Source: Candidatus Hydrogenedentota bacterium
Lineage (GTDB): Bacteria; Hydrogenedentota; Hydrogenedentia; Hydrogenedentales; SLHB01
Reading direction: 5' to 3'
NCBI GenBank assembly: GCA_045863335.1
Contig: BTVY01000017.1
Coordinates: 58,251 to 122,250 of the forward strand
Length of the DNA stretch: 64,000 nucleotides
The notes under the pieces were generated by a model. It did not search any database. It saw only the letters and a list, made by a program, of their open reading frames with translations, and was not told the DNA's origin. The translations under genes and the position numbers were made by a program. How positions within the stretch are numbered: the stretch's first letter is position 1; every line of letters begins with the position of its first letter. Shown here one piece after another: positions 49,081-59,305 of the stretch.

Positions 49081-52041
49081 ATGAAGTTACACACCATGCT
49101 TGCCGCATTCATATTGGGGACGATTCTTGTCGCCGGGCCGTCGTCCGCAGACGACCTCACCAATGGCTTCATACAACCCCCGGACTCCGCCCGGCCCTGG
49201 GTCTACTGGTTCATCATGGACGGCAATCTAAGCCGCGAGGGTATCACGGCAGACTTCGAGGCAATGAAGGAAGCGGGCATCGGCGGGATGGTGCTCATGG
49301 AAGTGAACGTCGGCATCCCGCGCGGTTCTGTCGAGTTCATGAGCGACGAATGGTGCGACCTGTTCGCCCACGCCGTAAGGGAAGCCGAGCGCCTGGGATT
49401 GGCCATCACGCTCAACGCGGGTCCCGGCTGGACCGGCAGCGGCGGGCCCTGGGTCAAGGCAGAGCAATCCATGCAACACCTCGTCGCATCCGCGGTCGAG
49501 GTGACCGGCCCCACGCAGTTCGACGATATCCTGCCGCGCCCAGAACCGCGTCCCCCGTACTTCGGTGAATCCGGATTGCCGGAATGGATCAAGCAAGCGC
49601 GCGAAGCGTTCTACGCCGACGTGGCTGTGCTGGCCGTCCCTCACGCGAGTCCGCGCATTGCGGACATCGACGAAAAAGCGTTGTACGTACGTGAACCGTA
49701 TACATCGAAACCCGGGATAAAACCGTACCTGCCCGCACCGGCTTCCTACGACGACTTGCCGGACGACGCCATCATTCCCGAAGCCGATATTGTCGATCTT
49801 ACCGATCGCCTGCAACCTGACGGACGTTTGACATGGGAGGTCCCCGAAGGCGAGTGGACCATCCTGCGTTTCGGACGGCGCAACACGGGCGCCAACACGC
49901 GCCCCGCACCGGAACCGGGTCTCGGGTTCGAGAGCGACAAGTTTGACCCCGCGGCGCTGGACGCGCATTTCGATGCCTTTGTCGGCCGGCTTCTCGACGC
50001 GGTGGGTCCGCGACCGAACGATCGCACCACCGGATGGACCATGTTGCATATCGACAGTTGGGAAATGGGCTCGCAGAACTGGACCGACGGTTTCGAGAAA
50101 GAGTTCCGTGCGCGCCGCGGATACGACCCGATGCCGTACCTGCCGGTGATGACCGGCCGCGTTGTGGAGAGCCTGGAAGTCTCCGAGCGGTTCCTCTGGG
50201 ATCTCCGGTTGACGGCGCAAGAACTCGTGCTCGAGAACCATGCGGAGCACCTGAAGGCACTCGGCCGCGAGCATGGATTTGGTCTGTCCATCGAACCCTA
50301 CGACATGAACCCCACCTCCGACATGGCCTTGGGCGGCGTAGCCGACGTGCCCATGTGTGAATTCTGGTCGCACGGATTTGGGTTCGATTCGACCTTTTCC
50401 TGCATCGAATCCACGTCGATCGGCCATACCCTAGGGCGGCCCATCGTCGCGGCCGAAGCGTTCACCGCGGGGTCGGAAGAGGCGTGGCAACTGTATCCCG
50501 CCGCGATGAAAAACCAGGGCGATTGGGCCTTCGCCACGGGGATCAACCGGATCGTCTTTCACCGCTACGCGCACCAACCGTGGCTGGATCGGCGGCCAGG
50601 AATGACCATGGGACCCTACGGGGTGCATTGGGATCGGACGCAGACCTGGTGGCCCATGGTTTCGGCGTATCACGAGTATGTCGCCCGCTGCCAGTTCATG
50701 CTCCGCCAGGGCGCTCCGGTCGCGGATATCTGCTACCTCGTCCCCGAAGGTGCGCCCCATGTGTTTCGTCCCCCGGCGGACGCCCTGGAAGGCGAGTTGC
50801 GCGATCGGCGCGGCCACAACTTCGATGGCTGTACACCGCAGACCTTGATCGACCACGCAACGGTCCAAGACGGGAAAATCGTCTTCCCCGGCGGCGCAGC
50901 GTATGCCGTGCTCGTGCTTCCAACCGTCGATACCATGACCCCCGCGCTGCTGCGCAAGATCAAGAACTTGGTAGAGTCAGGCGCATCCATCATCGGAAAC
51001 CCGCCCGAAAAATCTCCGAGCCTCTCCGAATATCCGCAATGTGATGGCGACGTACAGACATTGGCGCTTGAGATTTGGGGTTCCTCGGACGTTCCGGAAA
51101 AACCTGCCATACACAACGTGGAAGCTGGTCGCGTCATCTGGGGTGAGGATTTCAAACTGACGGCGGACCCCGAAACGTTTCCGCCGCTGTACCCCGATTA
51201 TGAAGCGACTGCCGAGGTTCTTCATGCCATGGGCGTCTCACCGGACTTTGAATCTGACGGCCCCATTCGCTACACCCACCGGCGCGCAGGGGAAGACGAC
51301 ATTTACTTCGTCGCCAACTGCAGCGCGGAAACGGTCAACACGCGAAGCTCGTTTCGCGTCACCGGCCGGATTCCGCAATGCTGGGATCCGGTCATCGGAG
51401 CGATTCGAGATATGCCCGACTTCACCGAGGAAGGCTGGGGAACGTCACTGCCGCTCTGTTTTGCCCCGTACCAGAGTTTCTTCATTGTCTTTCGTGACAA
51501 CTCCGCGGGGCCGGAAGACGCCGCGCTACTAGGCAACTGCCCAGGCACGACCCTCGTCGCGAATGTGGAAGGTCCGTGGGACGTCGTCTTCGATCCCGCG
51601 CTGGGCGGGCCGGGACCAGTTCAGTTCGACGCGCTGGAGGATTGGAGTACCCGCCTCGAACCCGGCATCAAGCACTATTCGGGGATCGCGACGTATCGAA
51701 CCACGTTCAACTACTCCGAGGCGGATTACGCGCTGCCGCGGACGGTCTATCTAGACCTGGGAGTGGTGCACAGCATGGCACGCGTGCGGCTAAACGGGAA
51801 CGACGTGGGCGTGGTGTGGTGCGCGCCGTGGCGCGTCGAGATCACGCGTGATCTGAAGTCCGGTGAGAACGCACTTGAAGTCGACGTGGCAAATCTGTGG
51901 CCCAATCGGCTCATCGGGGACAGCGCCCTGCCGGAAGACGAACAGATCTCCTGGACCACTTGGAACCCGTACAAGCCCGACAGTCCCCTGCTGCCTTCGG
52001 GGCTAATCGGGCCTGTACAAATCATGGCGGAGGATAATTAA
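49081..52041 (+). CDS. GH106 alpha-L-rhamnosidase-like protein
   Basis: ARPWVYWFIMDGN, GPGWTGSGGPW, HIDSWEMG, PMCEFW, AAEAFT, LPSGLIGPV. Confidence 0.85.
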   Translation: MKLHTMLAAFILGTILVAGPSSADDLTNGFIQPPDSARPWVYWFIMDGNLSREGITADFEAMKEAGIGGMVLMEVNVGIPRGSVEFMSDEWCDLFAHAVREAERLGLAITLNAGPGWTGSGGPWVKAEQSMQHLVASAVEVTGPTQFDDILPRPEPRPPYFGESGLPEWIKQAREAFYADVAVLAVPHASPRIADIDEKALYVREPYTSKPGIKPYLPAPASYDDLPDDAIIPEADIVDLTDRLQPDGRLTWEVPEGEWTILRFGRRNTGANTRPAPEPGLGFESDKFDPAALDAHFDAFVGRLLDAVGPRPNDRTTGWTMLHIDSWEMGSQNWTDGFEKEFRARRGYDPMPYLPVMTGRVVESLEVSERFLWDLRLTAQELVLENHAEHLKALGREHGFGLSIEPYDMNPTSDMALGGVADVPMCEFWSHGFGFDSTFSCIESTSIGHTLGRPIVAAEAFTAGSEEAWQLYPAAMKNQGDWAFATGINRIVFHRYAHQPWLDRRPGMTMGPYGVHWDRTQTWWPMVSAYHEYVARCQFMLRQGAPVADICYLVPEGAPHVFRPPADALEGELRDRRGHNFDGCTPQTLIDHATVQDGKIVFPGGAAYAVLVLPTVDTMTPALLRKIKNLVESGASIIGNPPEKSPSLSEYPQCDGDVQTLALEIWGSSDVPEKPAIHNVEAGRVIWGEDFKLTADPETFPPLYPDYEATAEVLHAMGVSPDFESDGPIRYTHRRAGEDDIYFVANCSAETVNTRSSFRVTGRIPQCWDPVIGAIRDMPDFTEEGWGTSLPLCFAPYQSFFIVFRDNSAGPEDAALLGNCPGTTLVANVEGPWDVVFDPALGGPGPVQFDALEDWSTRLEPGIKHYSGIATYRTTFNYSEADYALPRTVYLDLGVVHSMARVRLNGNDVGVVWCAPWRVEITRDLKSGENALEVDVANLWPNRLIGDSALPEDEQISWTTWNPYKPDSPLLPSGLIGPVQIMAEDN

Positions 52042-52048
52042 CTGCGAT

Positions 52049-53212
52049 CTATTTCAGTTTGTTCTCGAACCAGGCCGGGCCGCCCCATTTGCCGGTAACA
52101 ACGATGTCGAGATCGGTATCGGCGTCCAGGTCGATGACGACGAGGTTAAGTCCCGAGCCGACGCCTTCATCGTACGACAGCACGTGCTTCGTCCACGTCG
52201 GCTCCGCGCCGCGGTCCAGTTCATACCAGTACACCCCCGGCGGATCGTTCCCGCCCGGGTCGTTTCCGTTGTGCGCTTTGTAGCGCTTGCCGGTAACAAG
52301 GTCCAGATCACCGTCCTCGTCGAGATCGGCCAGGACCAGGCTGTGCGCCTGCGACCAGGAATCGTCGATGAGATGGCGCTTCCACGTAACGGCATCCCCG
52401 TCCCGTTGTTGCTCGTACCAAAAGATACCGTAGTCGTGGGCCATGCTCGTGACCAAATCCGCAAGACCGTCCTCATTCACGTCGTACACGAGGATCTGCG
52501 GCGTGTGACCGGCTTTGCCTTCTTCGCGGCCGCCCACGGCAAGGGGATGCTTGACCCACTCCCCGGCGCGCGCATCCGCCGGTGCTTCGAACCACGCGTC
52601 GGGCCGCAGAATATCGGGCCGTCCGTCCCCATTCACATCGCCGCAACCGACGCCGAATTCCATCTCTTCTGTTGAGATGGTGTGAACGATCATGCCGCTC
52701 GATCCGTCCGGAAGTGTTCCCGCTTCATACCAGACCGTGGGCTTGACGGCTGGGAGAATCTCGTCATGGTTTCCATCACCGTCCAGATCGACCGCCTCCC
52801 CGCACTCATAATTGCCGTTCTCTTCGATGAGCGTGCGCGGCCACATACCGCCCGCTTCGCCGGGGTTCTTTAGCCATTCGGCCTTCATGCCGAACCACGA
52901 GCACGTGGCAATGTCGAGCCATCCGTCGCCGTCGACGTCGATCGGCGCATTCATGAAGTCCCAACGATAGCCATTGCCCTGTTCGTCCACCTCGCCTTCC
53001 ACCTCGCAAATCTTCGTTGGCGCAAAATCCGGCGCGTGATAGACGTAAGGGAGCGCGACGATATCCAGTTTACCGTCATTATTGAAGTCGGCCACCCCGC
53101 AGGACTCCCCGCGATACGTTCCAATGCGATGAAGTTCAAAGTTCGGTCCGGCATCAGCCGCCGCAGCGAGCGCCGTTTGTGTCCCAATCACAAGGGCAAT
53201 CAGTACAGGCAT
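52049..53212 (-). CDS. FG-GAP/VCBS repeat protein
   Basis: Seven DxNxDG/DxDxDG-type repeats (e.g. ADFNNDGKLDI, DVNGDGRPDI); signal peptide. Confidence 0.85.
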   Translation of the reverse strand: MPVLIALVIGTQTALAAAADAGPNFELHRIGTYRGESCGVADFNNDGKLDIVALPYVYHAPDFAPTKICEVEGEVDEQGNGYRWDFMNAPIDVDGDGWLDIATCSWFGMKAEWLKNPGEAGGMWPRTLIEENGNYECGEAVDLDGDGNHDEILPAVKPTVWYEAGTLPDGSSGMIVHTISTEEMEFGVGCGDVNGDGRPDILRPDAWFEAPADARAGEWVKHPLAVGGREEGKAGHTPQILVYDVNEDGLADLVTSMAHDYGIFWYEQQRDGDAVTWKRHLIDDSWSQAHSLVLADLDEDGDLDLVTGKRYKAHNGNDPGGNDPPGVYWYELDRGAEPTWTKHVLSYDEGVGSGLNLVVIDLDADTDLDIVVTGKWGGPAWFENKLK

Positions 53213-53241
53213 AGTTCTCGTCCTTGTTTGTTGATCGCAGG

Positions 53242-53946
53242 TTAATCGCGGCGCCGGCCTCGCTCCCGCGGCTCGGCATCCGATCCGAGTTCCTTGACTC
53301 GAATGTTGCGCCACGCAACCTCGAAGGGTCCTTTGTCGCCCACGCCGTGTACCTGCAGGCCGATGAATCCCTTGGGGTGGGATTGAAACTTCTCTTCGTC
53401 GACGAGGTCTTCAACAGGTTCGCCGTTGATCCAGGTCTGAATGCGCGGTCCCTGGGCAACGATACGATAGGAATTCCACTCGCCATCTTTAAATGCCGTA
53501 TACTTCCGTTCCTCGGCATTCTCGGACATCCACCCGCCACAGGCTTCGCCATAGACAAGGCCGGCCTGCGCGCCTTCAGCCCCGCTCGCTTCGATCTCGA
53601 CTTGAGGCCCGTTGACGCGGCCGAACTCCGCGCCGTCCTCCGGCTCGGCCGTGGTCGAACGGATCTGCACGCCCGAATTCAACTCGTTGTCCATGAGTTT
53701 CACTTCAAACTCTAACTCGAAATCGCCGTAGTCTTTTTCCGAACACAGGAAGGAATTGGGGCTACCCGGCGTCGTCTGGCCGACAATCGTGCCGTCTTCC
53801 ACCCGGTATGTGGCCGTGCCATTCTTCTGGATCCAGCCGTCGAGGGATTCACCGTCAAACAACGTTACCCAATCGCCTTCGGCCGCTGCCGCACTGAACG
53901 CCACCGCCAGAGCGATCGCTGAAATTACGAGTGTATTCCTGATCAT
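53242..53946 (-). CDS. DUF1080 (3-keto-disaccharide hydrolase-like) protein
   Basis: LFDGESLDGW, YGDFELEFEVK, NSGVQIRS, EWNSYRI, GFIGLQVH, WRNIRVK. Confidence 0.88.
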   Translation of the reverse strand: MIRNTLVISAIALAVAFSAAAAEGDWVTLFDGESLDGWIQKNGTATYRVEDGTIVGQTTPGSPNSFLCSEKDYGDFELEFEVKLMDNELNSGVQIRSTTAEPEDGAEFGRVNGPQVEIEASGAEGAQAGLVYGEACGGWMSENAEERKYTAFKDGEWNSYRIVAQGPRIQTWINGEPVEDLVDEEKFQSHPKGFIGLQVHGVGDKGPFEVAWRNIRVKELGSDAEPRERGRRRD

Positions 53947-54063
53947 GATCTACCTTTCTTGTCCCTTCGCGACCGCGAAGTAGTATTCGTCAAAAAAGCT
54001 CGCCACAAAGTACCGCCTAACAACGTAATCTTCTTTCGTCATCCATTCAACTTGGCGATCGCA

Positions 54064-55527
54064 TCAGCTGATTTCCGGCAACTCAAATTCATCCCCGGTA
54101 TCGCTCATCCAGGTTGCCAGGCGCTCCTGCAGCTTGCGGCGCTCAGTTTTGAAGCGTCCGTCTAGGGCGTGGTTGGCGAGTTCGTAGGGATCCTCATTGA
54201 GGTTATACAGCAGCCAGGGCTGCCCTTCGAGGACGGCATACTTCCAACCATCCGCGGTAACCACGCCGCGCCAGGGGCGTTCCCGATCGGAAGCGAACCC
54301 GTATTTGAATCCCGGATCGACAAGTTGGAGAAATGCGGAATCGGGAATCCCGTCCGCGCTCGGCTGCGAGGTGTCGACGAGACTCGACATATCGACTCCC
54401 CGCATCCATTCCGGAATGGGAAGTCCGCACAGCCCCAGCGAGGTCGGCGCGATGTCCACATGATTGATGGGGGTGTGCACCGGCGATGGCGTTGCGCGCG
54501 GCATGCATGGCTTGCCGCCTTTCGACACGATGAACAGCACACGAATCGACTCTTCCCACGGCACACACTTGAGGATCCGCGCCTGCGACCCATGCATGTC
54601 GCCGTGATCGGAGAAGAACACGATGTACGTATTGTCCAGTTGCCCGGTCTGATCCAGGGTTTCCACAATCCGGCCGACGTTCCAATCCAGATTCTCGATC
54701 ATGGCGTAGTACCCCGCCAAATCGCGGCGCGCGTCGTCCATGATTTGCTTGACGGGCGGTACGTTGGGGCGCAGTTTCACGTTCTCCGGCCGATGGCGCG
54801 CCGTCCATTCCTCAGGCGCGACGTAGGGCGAATGAGGCGGCTGTACCGACATGATGGCGAAGAACGGCCGCGCGTTGCCCGCCGCCCGCTCGCGGCTGCG
54901 ATCTTTCAGATACTCGATGACATGATCGGTTATGGCGTCGGTTTCGTATTTGGGAAGTTGGAACAGTTCGATGGGATCGCCGGATGTATTGTGGCCATGC
55001 AGCCAGCAGTCGTACTGGGCGTTGTTGTTTTCGTACCCCATCCACATCTCAAACTCGCCGCGACGTTCGGGCCGCACGAATTGTTTTCCGGACCGCTCGT
55101 CCTTGGCGCAGTTGTCGCGGCCATCCACGTGCCATTTGCCGAAGTAAGCCGTGCGATAGCCCGCTTCGTTAAACGGCGCGGCAACCGTAGGCATCCCCTC
55201 CGGCATGGCGTGATCGTGGCCGGGCGTGCATTCATGGGGATAGCGGCTCGTGAGCAGCGACCCGCGAAACGGCGTGCACAGCGGGCATCCCGCCACGGCC
55301 GTAACGCCGACACCGCCCGCGAGCCTGTCGATGTGCGGCGTGGATAGATTGGGATCGCCCATGCAACTCAGGGCCTGCGCGCGATGCTGGTCGCCCAGCA
55401 GCCAAAGAATGTTTGGACGGGAGCGCTCTTCCGCGCGGAATTCAGCGTCACTCGCCATCGCCGCGGCCGTCAGTCCCGCCGCGCTGCGCGCGAGAAACTG
55501 CCTGCGTTCCAGTTCGTTTGATGGCAT
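54064..55527 (-). CDS. Tat-exported sulfatase (S1, Cys-type)
   Basis: RRQFL; PNILW..DQHR, CTPFRGSLLTSRY (CxPxR), GKWH, SDHG, LYNLNEDPYE. Confidence 0.92.
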   Translation of the reverse strand: MPSNELERRQFLARSAAGLTAAAMASDAEFRAEERSRPNILWLLGDQHRAQALSCMGDPNLSTPHIDRLAGGVGVTAVAGCPLCTPFRGSLLTSRYPHECTPGHDHAMPEGMPTVAAPFNEAGYRTAYFGKWHVDGRDNCAKDERSGKQFVRPERRGEFEMWMGYENNNAQYDCWLHGHNTSGDPIELFQLPKYETDAITDHVIEYLKDRSRERAAGNARPFFAIMSVQPPHSPYVAPEEWTARHRPENVKLRPNVPPVKQIMDDARRDLAGYYAMIENLDWNVGRIVETLDQTGQLDNTYIVFFSDHGDMHGSQARILKCVPWEESIRVLFIVSKGGKPCMPRATPSPVHTPINHVDIAPTSLGLCGLPIPEWMRGVDMSSLVDTSQPSADGIPDSAFLQLVDPGFKYGFASDRERPWRGVVTADGWKYAVLEGQPWLLYNLNEDPYELANHALDGRFKTERRKLQERLATWMSDTGDEFELPEIS

Positions 55528-55590
55528 ACGCTACGGCCCTCCGGTTGCTACACCGACCGTAACGAAACCGCGTCGGTCGAGACAAGCTGG

Positions 55591-57675
55591 TCAGACTTCC
55601 AGTAAAACGGCCACCGACACCGGTCCGATCGTGACGCGGCCATCGGTCGGCGACGCATCCGGGTTCTCCGGGGTGGCGAGCATCATCGTCCTCGTGGCAG
55701 GAATGGACCGCACGGTAACGCGGACAGGTCTGTCATAGCCCGTATTAACAACTACGACCGCGCGCTTTCCAGTCGCACGGCTGATGAATACGGAGTGCCG
55801 CACAGTATCGGGTCCGTCCATGATCTCGACCTGCGCGCCCAGCGTGTCGCAGAATTCCGCGTCCCAGAGATACTCACTATACCGTGCGCGAAGAGCGTCG
55901 ACCCGCTTTCCGTATTCCAGCGTCATCGGAAATTCCGATAAGCGGCCCTTGAAGCCGCGCGGCTCGTAGCTGAGGATGTACCGGTACAACAGGGCCTGAT
56001 TGATAACGGTCCGGTTGTTGTACCCGAGCACGGCGACCATCATTTCCGAGTCGGTCGCGATATAGCGGTGCACGGGCATATGGTTCTTCCCGATGCGGAA
56101 ATACGAAAGTTGGTAGTGGCGCAATTGCAGATCGTAGCAGTCTTCTCCCGCCAGCAGGAACGGTTCATCGCGCGGTCCGCTTGCTTCGTGAAAAGCTTCC
56201 GCAAGCGGGGCGTCGCCCGCAAACACGTGCGCGGGGATCGGATGGCCGTGGCTGTCGTCGAAGCAATAGTTCGCGCCGCCGTGGTGCTGGCACTCGTCGT
56301 ACAAGGTGCCGGACGGACTCAAAGCGACCACCTTGTTGAATTCCGCCACCGCCACCTCGCGCCACGCCGCGCTCTGCATGCACATGGGAATGAACCGGCG
56401 CGTGTTGATATTCGCGAGCTGCGTTTCGGTCATGTACATGTAGCCGGGGTAGTAGTACGTGTCGCCGTAGGGATCTTTCATGGCGAGCCGGTGCAGATCG
56501 TTCCGGTAGCGCTCGGTACTGCGGTCGGACCATGTGAATTTACTGAAAAGAACCGCGTGAACGCCGCGTGACTCCATGTACGCGATGGCATCCCGCAGTT
56601 CCTCCCACGTGCCGAGTCCAGGTTCCGTGTCGTGCGATGGATTATTGCGGTCCTGCCCGCCCGACGCCCATCCCGTGATCTGTACCGCGTCCACGCCGTG
56701 CGCGGCGCAGTCGTCGGCAATGGTACGCAGCTCGCGGTACAGCACCGCGTACTCTTCCTCCGGCGAATTCACGTGAATCTGCTGCCACGAATGGACCTGC
56801 TTCAACCACGCCGGCTTGCGCGGCGGCGTGTACCACGTCTTCTTCCACTCCTTATAGATATCCGCGCCGGTGTGCCAGGTGCCTTGATACGGAGCAAGAA
56901 CGACCGGTTGCAGGGTAGATGTGCCGTTGCCCGCGAACGGGAAATGGATCACCGCGCATTCGAGATGGACCGGCGCGCCGCCGATGGTGTCTTCCTTCGG
57001 CACCGTGCCCGCCTCGAAGGCCTCGGCAAACTCGAAGCCGGGGAACTGTTCAAACCGGAATTGGACAAGATGCTCACACGTCGTGTCGTGATATCCGGCG
57101 TATAACCCTTCACGGCCATTATGTGCAAGCACGAACGGCGTGCTCGGCGTCGACGACAACTGCATGGGATGTTCCACCCCAAAACATCCACGGTGACTCT
57201 CAAAGCGCGGATACAGTGATTCGTTCATCCAATCGCCGTAGGTTGAATGCAGGTGGTAGAACTCGGACGTGTTGGAGGGACGAGCGAGGTCTCCCAGCCA
57301 AGGCCAGATGCAGGCTTCCACCACGTGCCCGCTGCGGTTCTCGATTGCGGCGGCGAATTCGAGCCGGTTGTCGCGCAGCGTGACCGTGCCCGTGAACGTA
57401 GCGTCGAGCGCCTCATCGCGCTCGCTACGGAGATTCGACCAGGTCAGCCGCAGCGTATCTCCATCGGCGGATGCGTCGGTCAACCCTTGATTCCGGCCGA
57501 CGACCCGATTGTTCCGCTTGCCCGGCACAGGCGCCAGCAGGCCAAACGCCTGCGACAACTCCGCCCGCCGTTGAACTTGCCATCCGGTGTCCTTGAATAC
57601 GAGGCGGGTCAGCGCGCCGTTGGTTTTGGCGAACTGCGCGAGGATTCGATCATTCTCGAGCGTGAAGGTGTCCAT
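55591..57675 (-). CDS. Hypothetical glycoside-hydrolase-like TIM-barrel protein (DUF6259-like)
   Basis: Long coding-like ORF; GW..GGQDRNNPSH, LGTWEELRDAI, LYDE pattern. Family assignment tentative. Confidence 0.55.
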   Translation of the reverse strand: MDTFTLENDRILAQFAKTNGALTRLVFKDTGWQVQRRAELSQAFGLLAPVPGKRNNRVVGRNQGLTDASADGDTLRLTWSNLRSERDEALDATFTGTVTLRDNRLEFAAAIENRSGHVVEACIWPWLGDLARPSNTSEFYHLHSTYGDWMNESLYPRFESHRGCFGVEHPMQLSSTPSTPFVLAHNGREGLYAGYHDTTCEHLVQFRFEQFPGFEFAEAFEAGTVPKEDTIGGAPVHLECAVIHFPFAGNGTSTLQPVVLAPYQGTWHTGADIYKEWKKTWYTPPRKPAWLKQVHSWQQIHVNSPEEEYAVLYRELRTIADDCAAHGVDAVQITGWASGGQDRNNPSHDTEPGLGTWEELRDAIAYMESRGVHAVLFSKFTWSDRSTERYRNDLHRLAMKDPYGDTYYYPGYMYMTETQLANINTRRFIPMCMQSAAWREVAVAEFNKVVALSPSGTLYDECQHHGGANYCFDDSHGHPIPAHVFAGDAPLAEAFHEASGPRDEPFLLAGEDCYDLQLRHYQLSYFRIGKNHMPVHRYIATDSEMMVAVLGYNNRTVINQALLYRYILSYEPRGFKGRLSEFPMTLEYGKRVDALRARYSEYLWDAEFCDTLGAQVEIMDGPDTVRHSVFISRATGKRAVVVVNTGYDRPVRVTVRSIPATRTMMLATPENPDASPTDGRVTIGPVSVAVLLEV

Positions 57676-57717
57676 CAAGGCCGGATTGTAGCGGGTTTCA
57701 GTGCCACAGCGGAAGAA

Positions 57718-57850
57718 GAATAGGACTTATATGACCGATAGGACCAATAGGACGCGCAAGACCGTTCGGACATCGGCAACATAAAGTGGCGGGAGCCATC
57801 GGCATTTGTCTACGGTCCTATTCGTCCTATAGGTCCTATACGTCCTATTC
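57718..57850. repeat. Inverted 9-bp tandem-array element, copy B
   Basis: GAATAGGAC TTATATGAC CGATAGGAC CAATAGGAC, 61-nt spacer, GTCCTATTC GTCCTATAG GTCCTATAC GTCCTATTC. Confidence 0.85.
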
Positions 57851-57852
57851 CC

Positions 57853-59283
57853 TCACGCGATGATCTCCTTCACCACCCGCGCCGGCTCCACGCCGGTCAA
57901 CCGCGCATCGAGTCCCTGGAAGTTGTATGTGAAGCGCTCGTGGTCGAAACCAAGCTGATGCAGGAGCGTCGCGTGCAGATCGTGCACGTGCACCTTCCCG
58001 CTGCCGACGTTGAACCCAAGGTCGTCGCTCTCGCCCCAGGTGATCCCAGGTTTGAACCCGCCGCCTGCGAGCCACATGGTAAATGCGTTGGGATGATGGT
58101 CGCGGCCGTCGTCGCCGTCGCCCTGGACCATGGGCGTGCGGCCGAACTCGCCCCCCCAGATGACGATGGTGTCGTCGAGCATGCCGCGCGCTTTCAAGTC
58201 TTTCACGAGGGCCGCGCAAGCCTGATCGGTGTCCTGACAATTCTTCTTGAGGTCGTTGCGCAAGTTACCGTGCTGGTCCCACGCTTCGTGGAATAACTGC
58301 ACGAAACGCACGCCCCGTTCGACCATCCGCCGCGCCAGGATGCAGTTGTTGGCGAAGGACGGTTCGCCCGGTTTCGCGCCGTACATCTCCAGCACGGCCG
58401 CCGGCTCGTTCGCGATGTCCATGAGTTCCGGCGCGCTGCTTTGCATGCGAAACGCCAACTCGAAGGAATTGATCCGCGTCGCAATCTCGGGATCGCCCAT
58501 GACGTCCAGCCGGCGTTGGTTGAGACTGCCGATGGCGTCCAGCGTGTCGCGCTGCACCGTGTCGTCGATACCATCCGGGTTGGACAGATACAACACGGGG
58601 TCGCCGCTCGTGCGGAACAGGCAGCCCTCGTGGACCGTCGGCAGAAAACCGCTGCTCCACACCGCCGAACCCGCGCTGGGCCCCTTGGACCCGGAACTGA
58701 ACACGACAAACGACGGCAAGTCGCGGTTCTCGGTGCCGAGGCCGTAGCTCGCCCACGCGCCGAAACTGGGCCGTCCGAACTGTTGCGATCCGGTGCTCAT
58801 GAGCAACTGCCCCGGCGCGTGGTTGAAGGCGTCGGTCGACATGCTCTTCACAATGGTCACGTCGTCCACGATGCTCGCGAAGTGGGGGAGGAGTTCGGAT
58901 ACCCACGCACCGCTTTGGCCGTGTTGGGCGAAGTTGAACCGCGTGCCGAGCAGCCGCGAATTGGGATCGATAAACGCGGCCCGGTAATTCTGCAACAACT
59001 CCGCAGGCGGTAACGTGCCGTCGTGCTTGACCAACTGCGGTTTGTAGTCCAGCAACTCCAACTGGCTCGGCGCGCCCGCCATGAACAAATAGATGACGTG
59101 TTTCGCCTTCGGCGCGAAGTGCGGCGTCTGCACCGCGAGCGGGTCGGCCGCTCGCGCAACCGCGGACCCGCCGAGTAACTGGTGCAACGCCAGCGTGCCG
59201 AGGCCCACGCCGCACTGCTGCAAAAACCAGCGCCGCGCGATCGCGGGTCCGTTAGGAATCACCTTCGTGCATTCACGTGCCAT
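57853..59283 (-). CDS. DUF1501 (sulfatase-like) Tat protein
   Basis: RRWFL; AKHVIYLFMAGAPSQLE, RMVERGVRFVQ, WDQH, WGGEFGRTP, HVHDLHAT. Confidence 0.9.
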   Translation of the reverse strand: MARECTKVIPNGPAIARRWFLQQCGVGLGTLALHQLLGGSAVARAADPLAVQTPHFAPKAKHVIYLFMAGAPSQLELLDYKPQLVKHDGTLPPAELLQNYRAAFIDPNSRLLGTRFNFAQHGQSGAWVSELLPHFASIVDDVTIVKSMSTDAFNHAPGQLLMSTGSQQFGRPSFGAWASYGLGTENRDLPSFVVFSSGSKGPSAGSAVWSSGFLPTVHEGCLFRTSGDPVLYLSNPDGIDDTVQRDTLDAIGSLNQRRLDVMGDPEIATRINSFELAFRMQSSAPELMDIANEPAAVLEMYGAKPGEPSFANNCILARRMVERGVRFVQLFHEAWDQHGNLRNDLKKNCQDTDQACAALVKDLKARGMLDDTIVIWGGEFGRTPMVQGDGDDGRDHHPNAFTMWLAGGGFKPGITWGESDDLGFNVGSGKVHVHDLHATLLHQLGFDHERFTYNFQGLDARLTGVEPARVVKEIIA

Positions 59284-59305
59284 TGTCTTGGCCCATCCTT
59301 GCTGT

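Noticed and set aside
45995-50427. Long opposite-strand ORFs (45995..47491, 47708..48877, 49228..50427)
   Set aside because: Each overlaps a well-supported gene on the other strand and has no family motifs.
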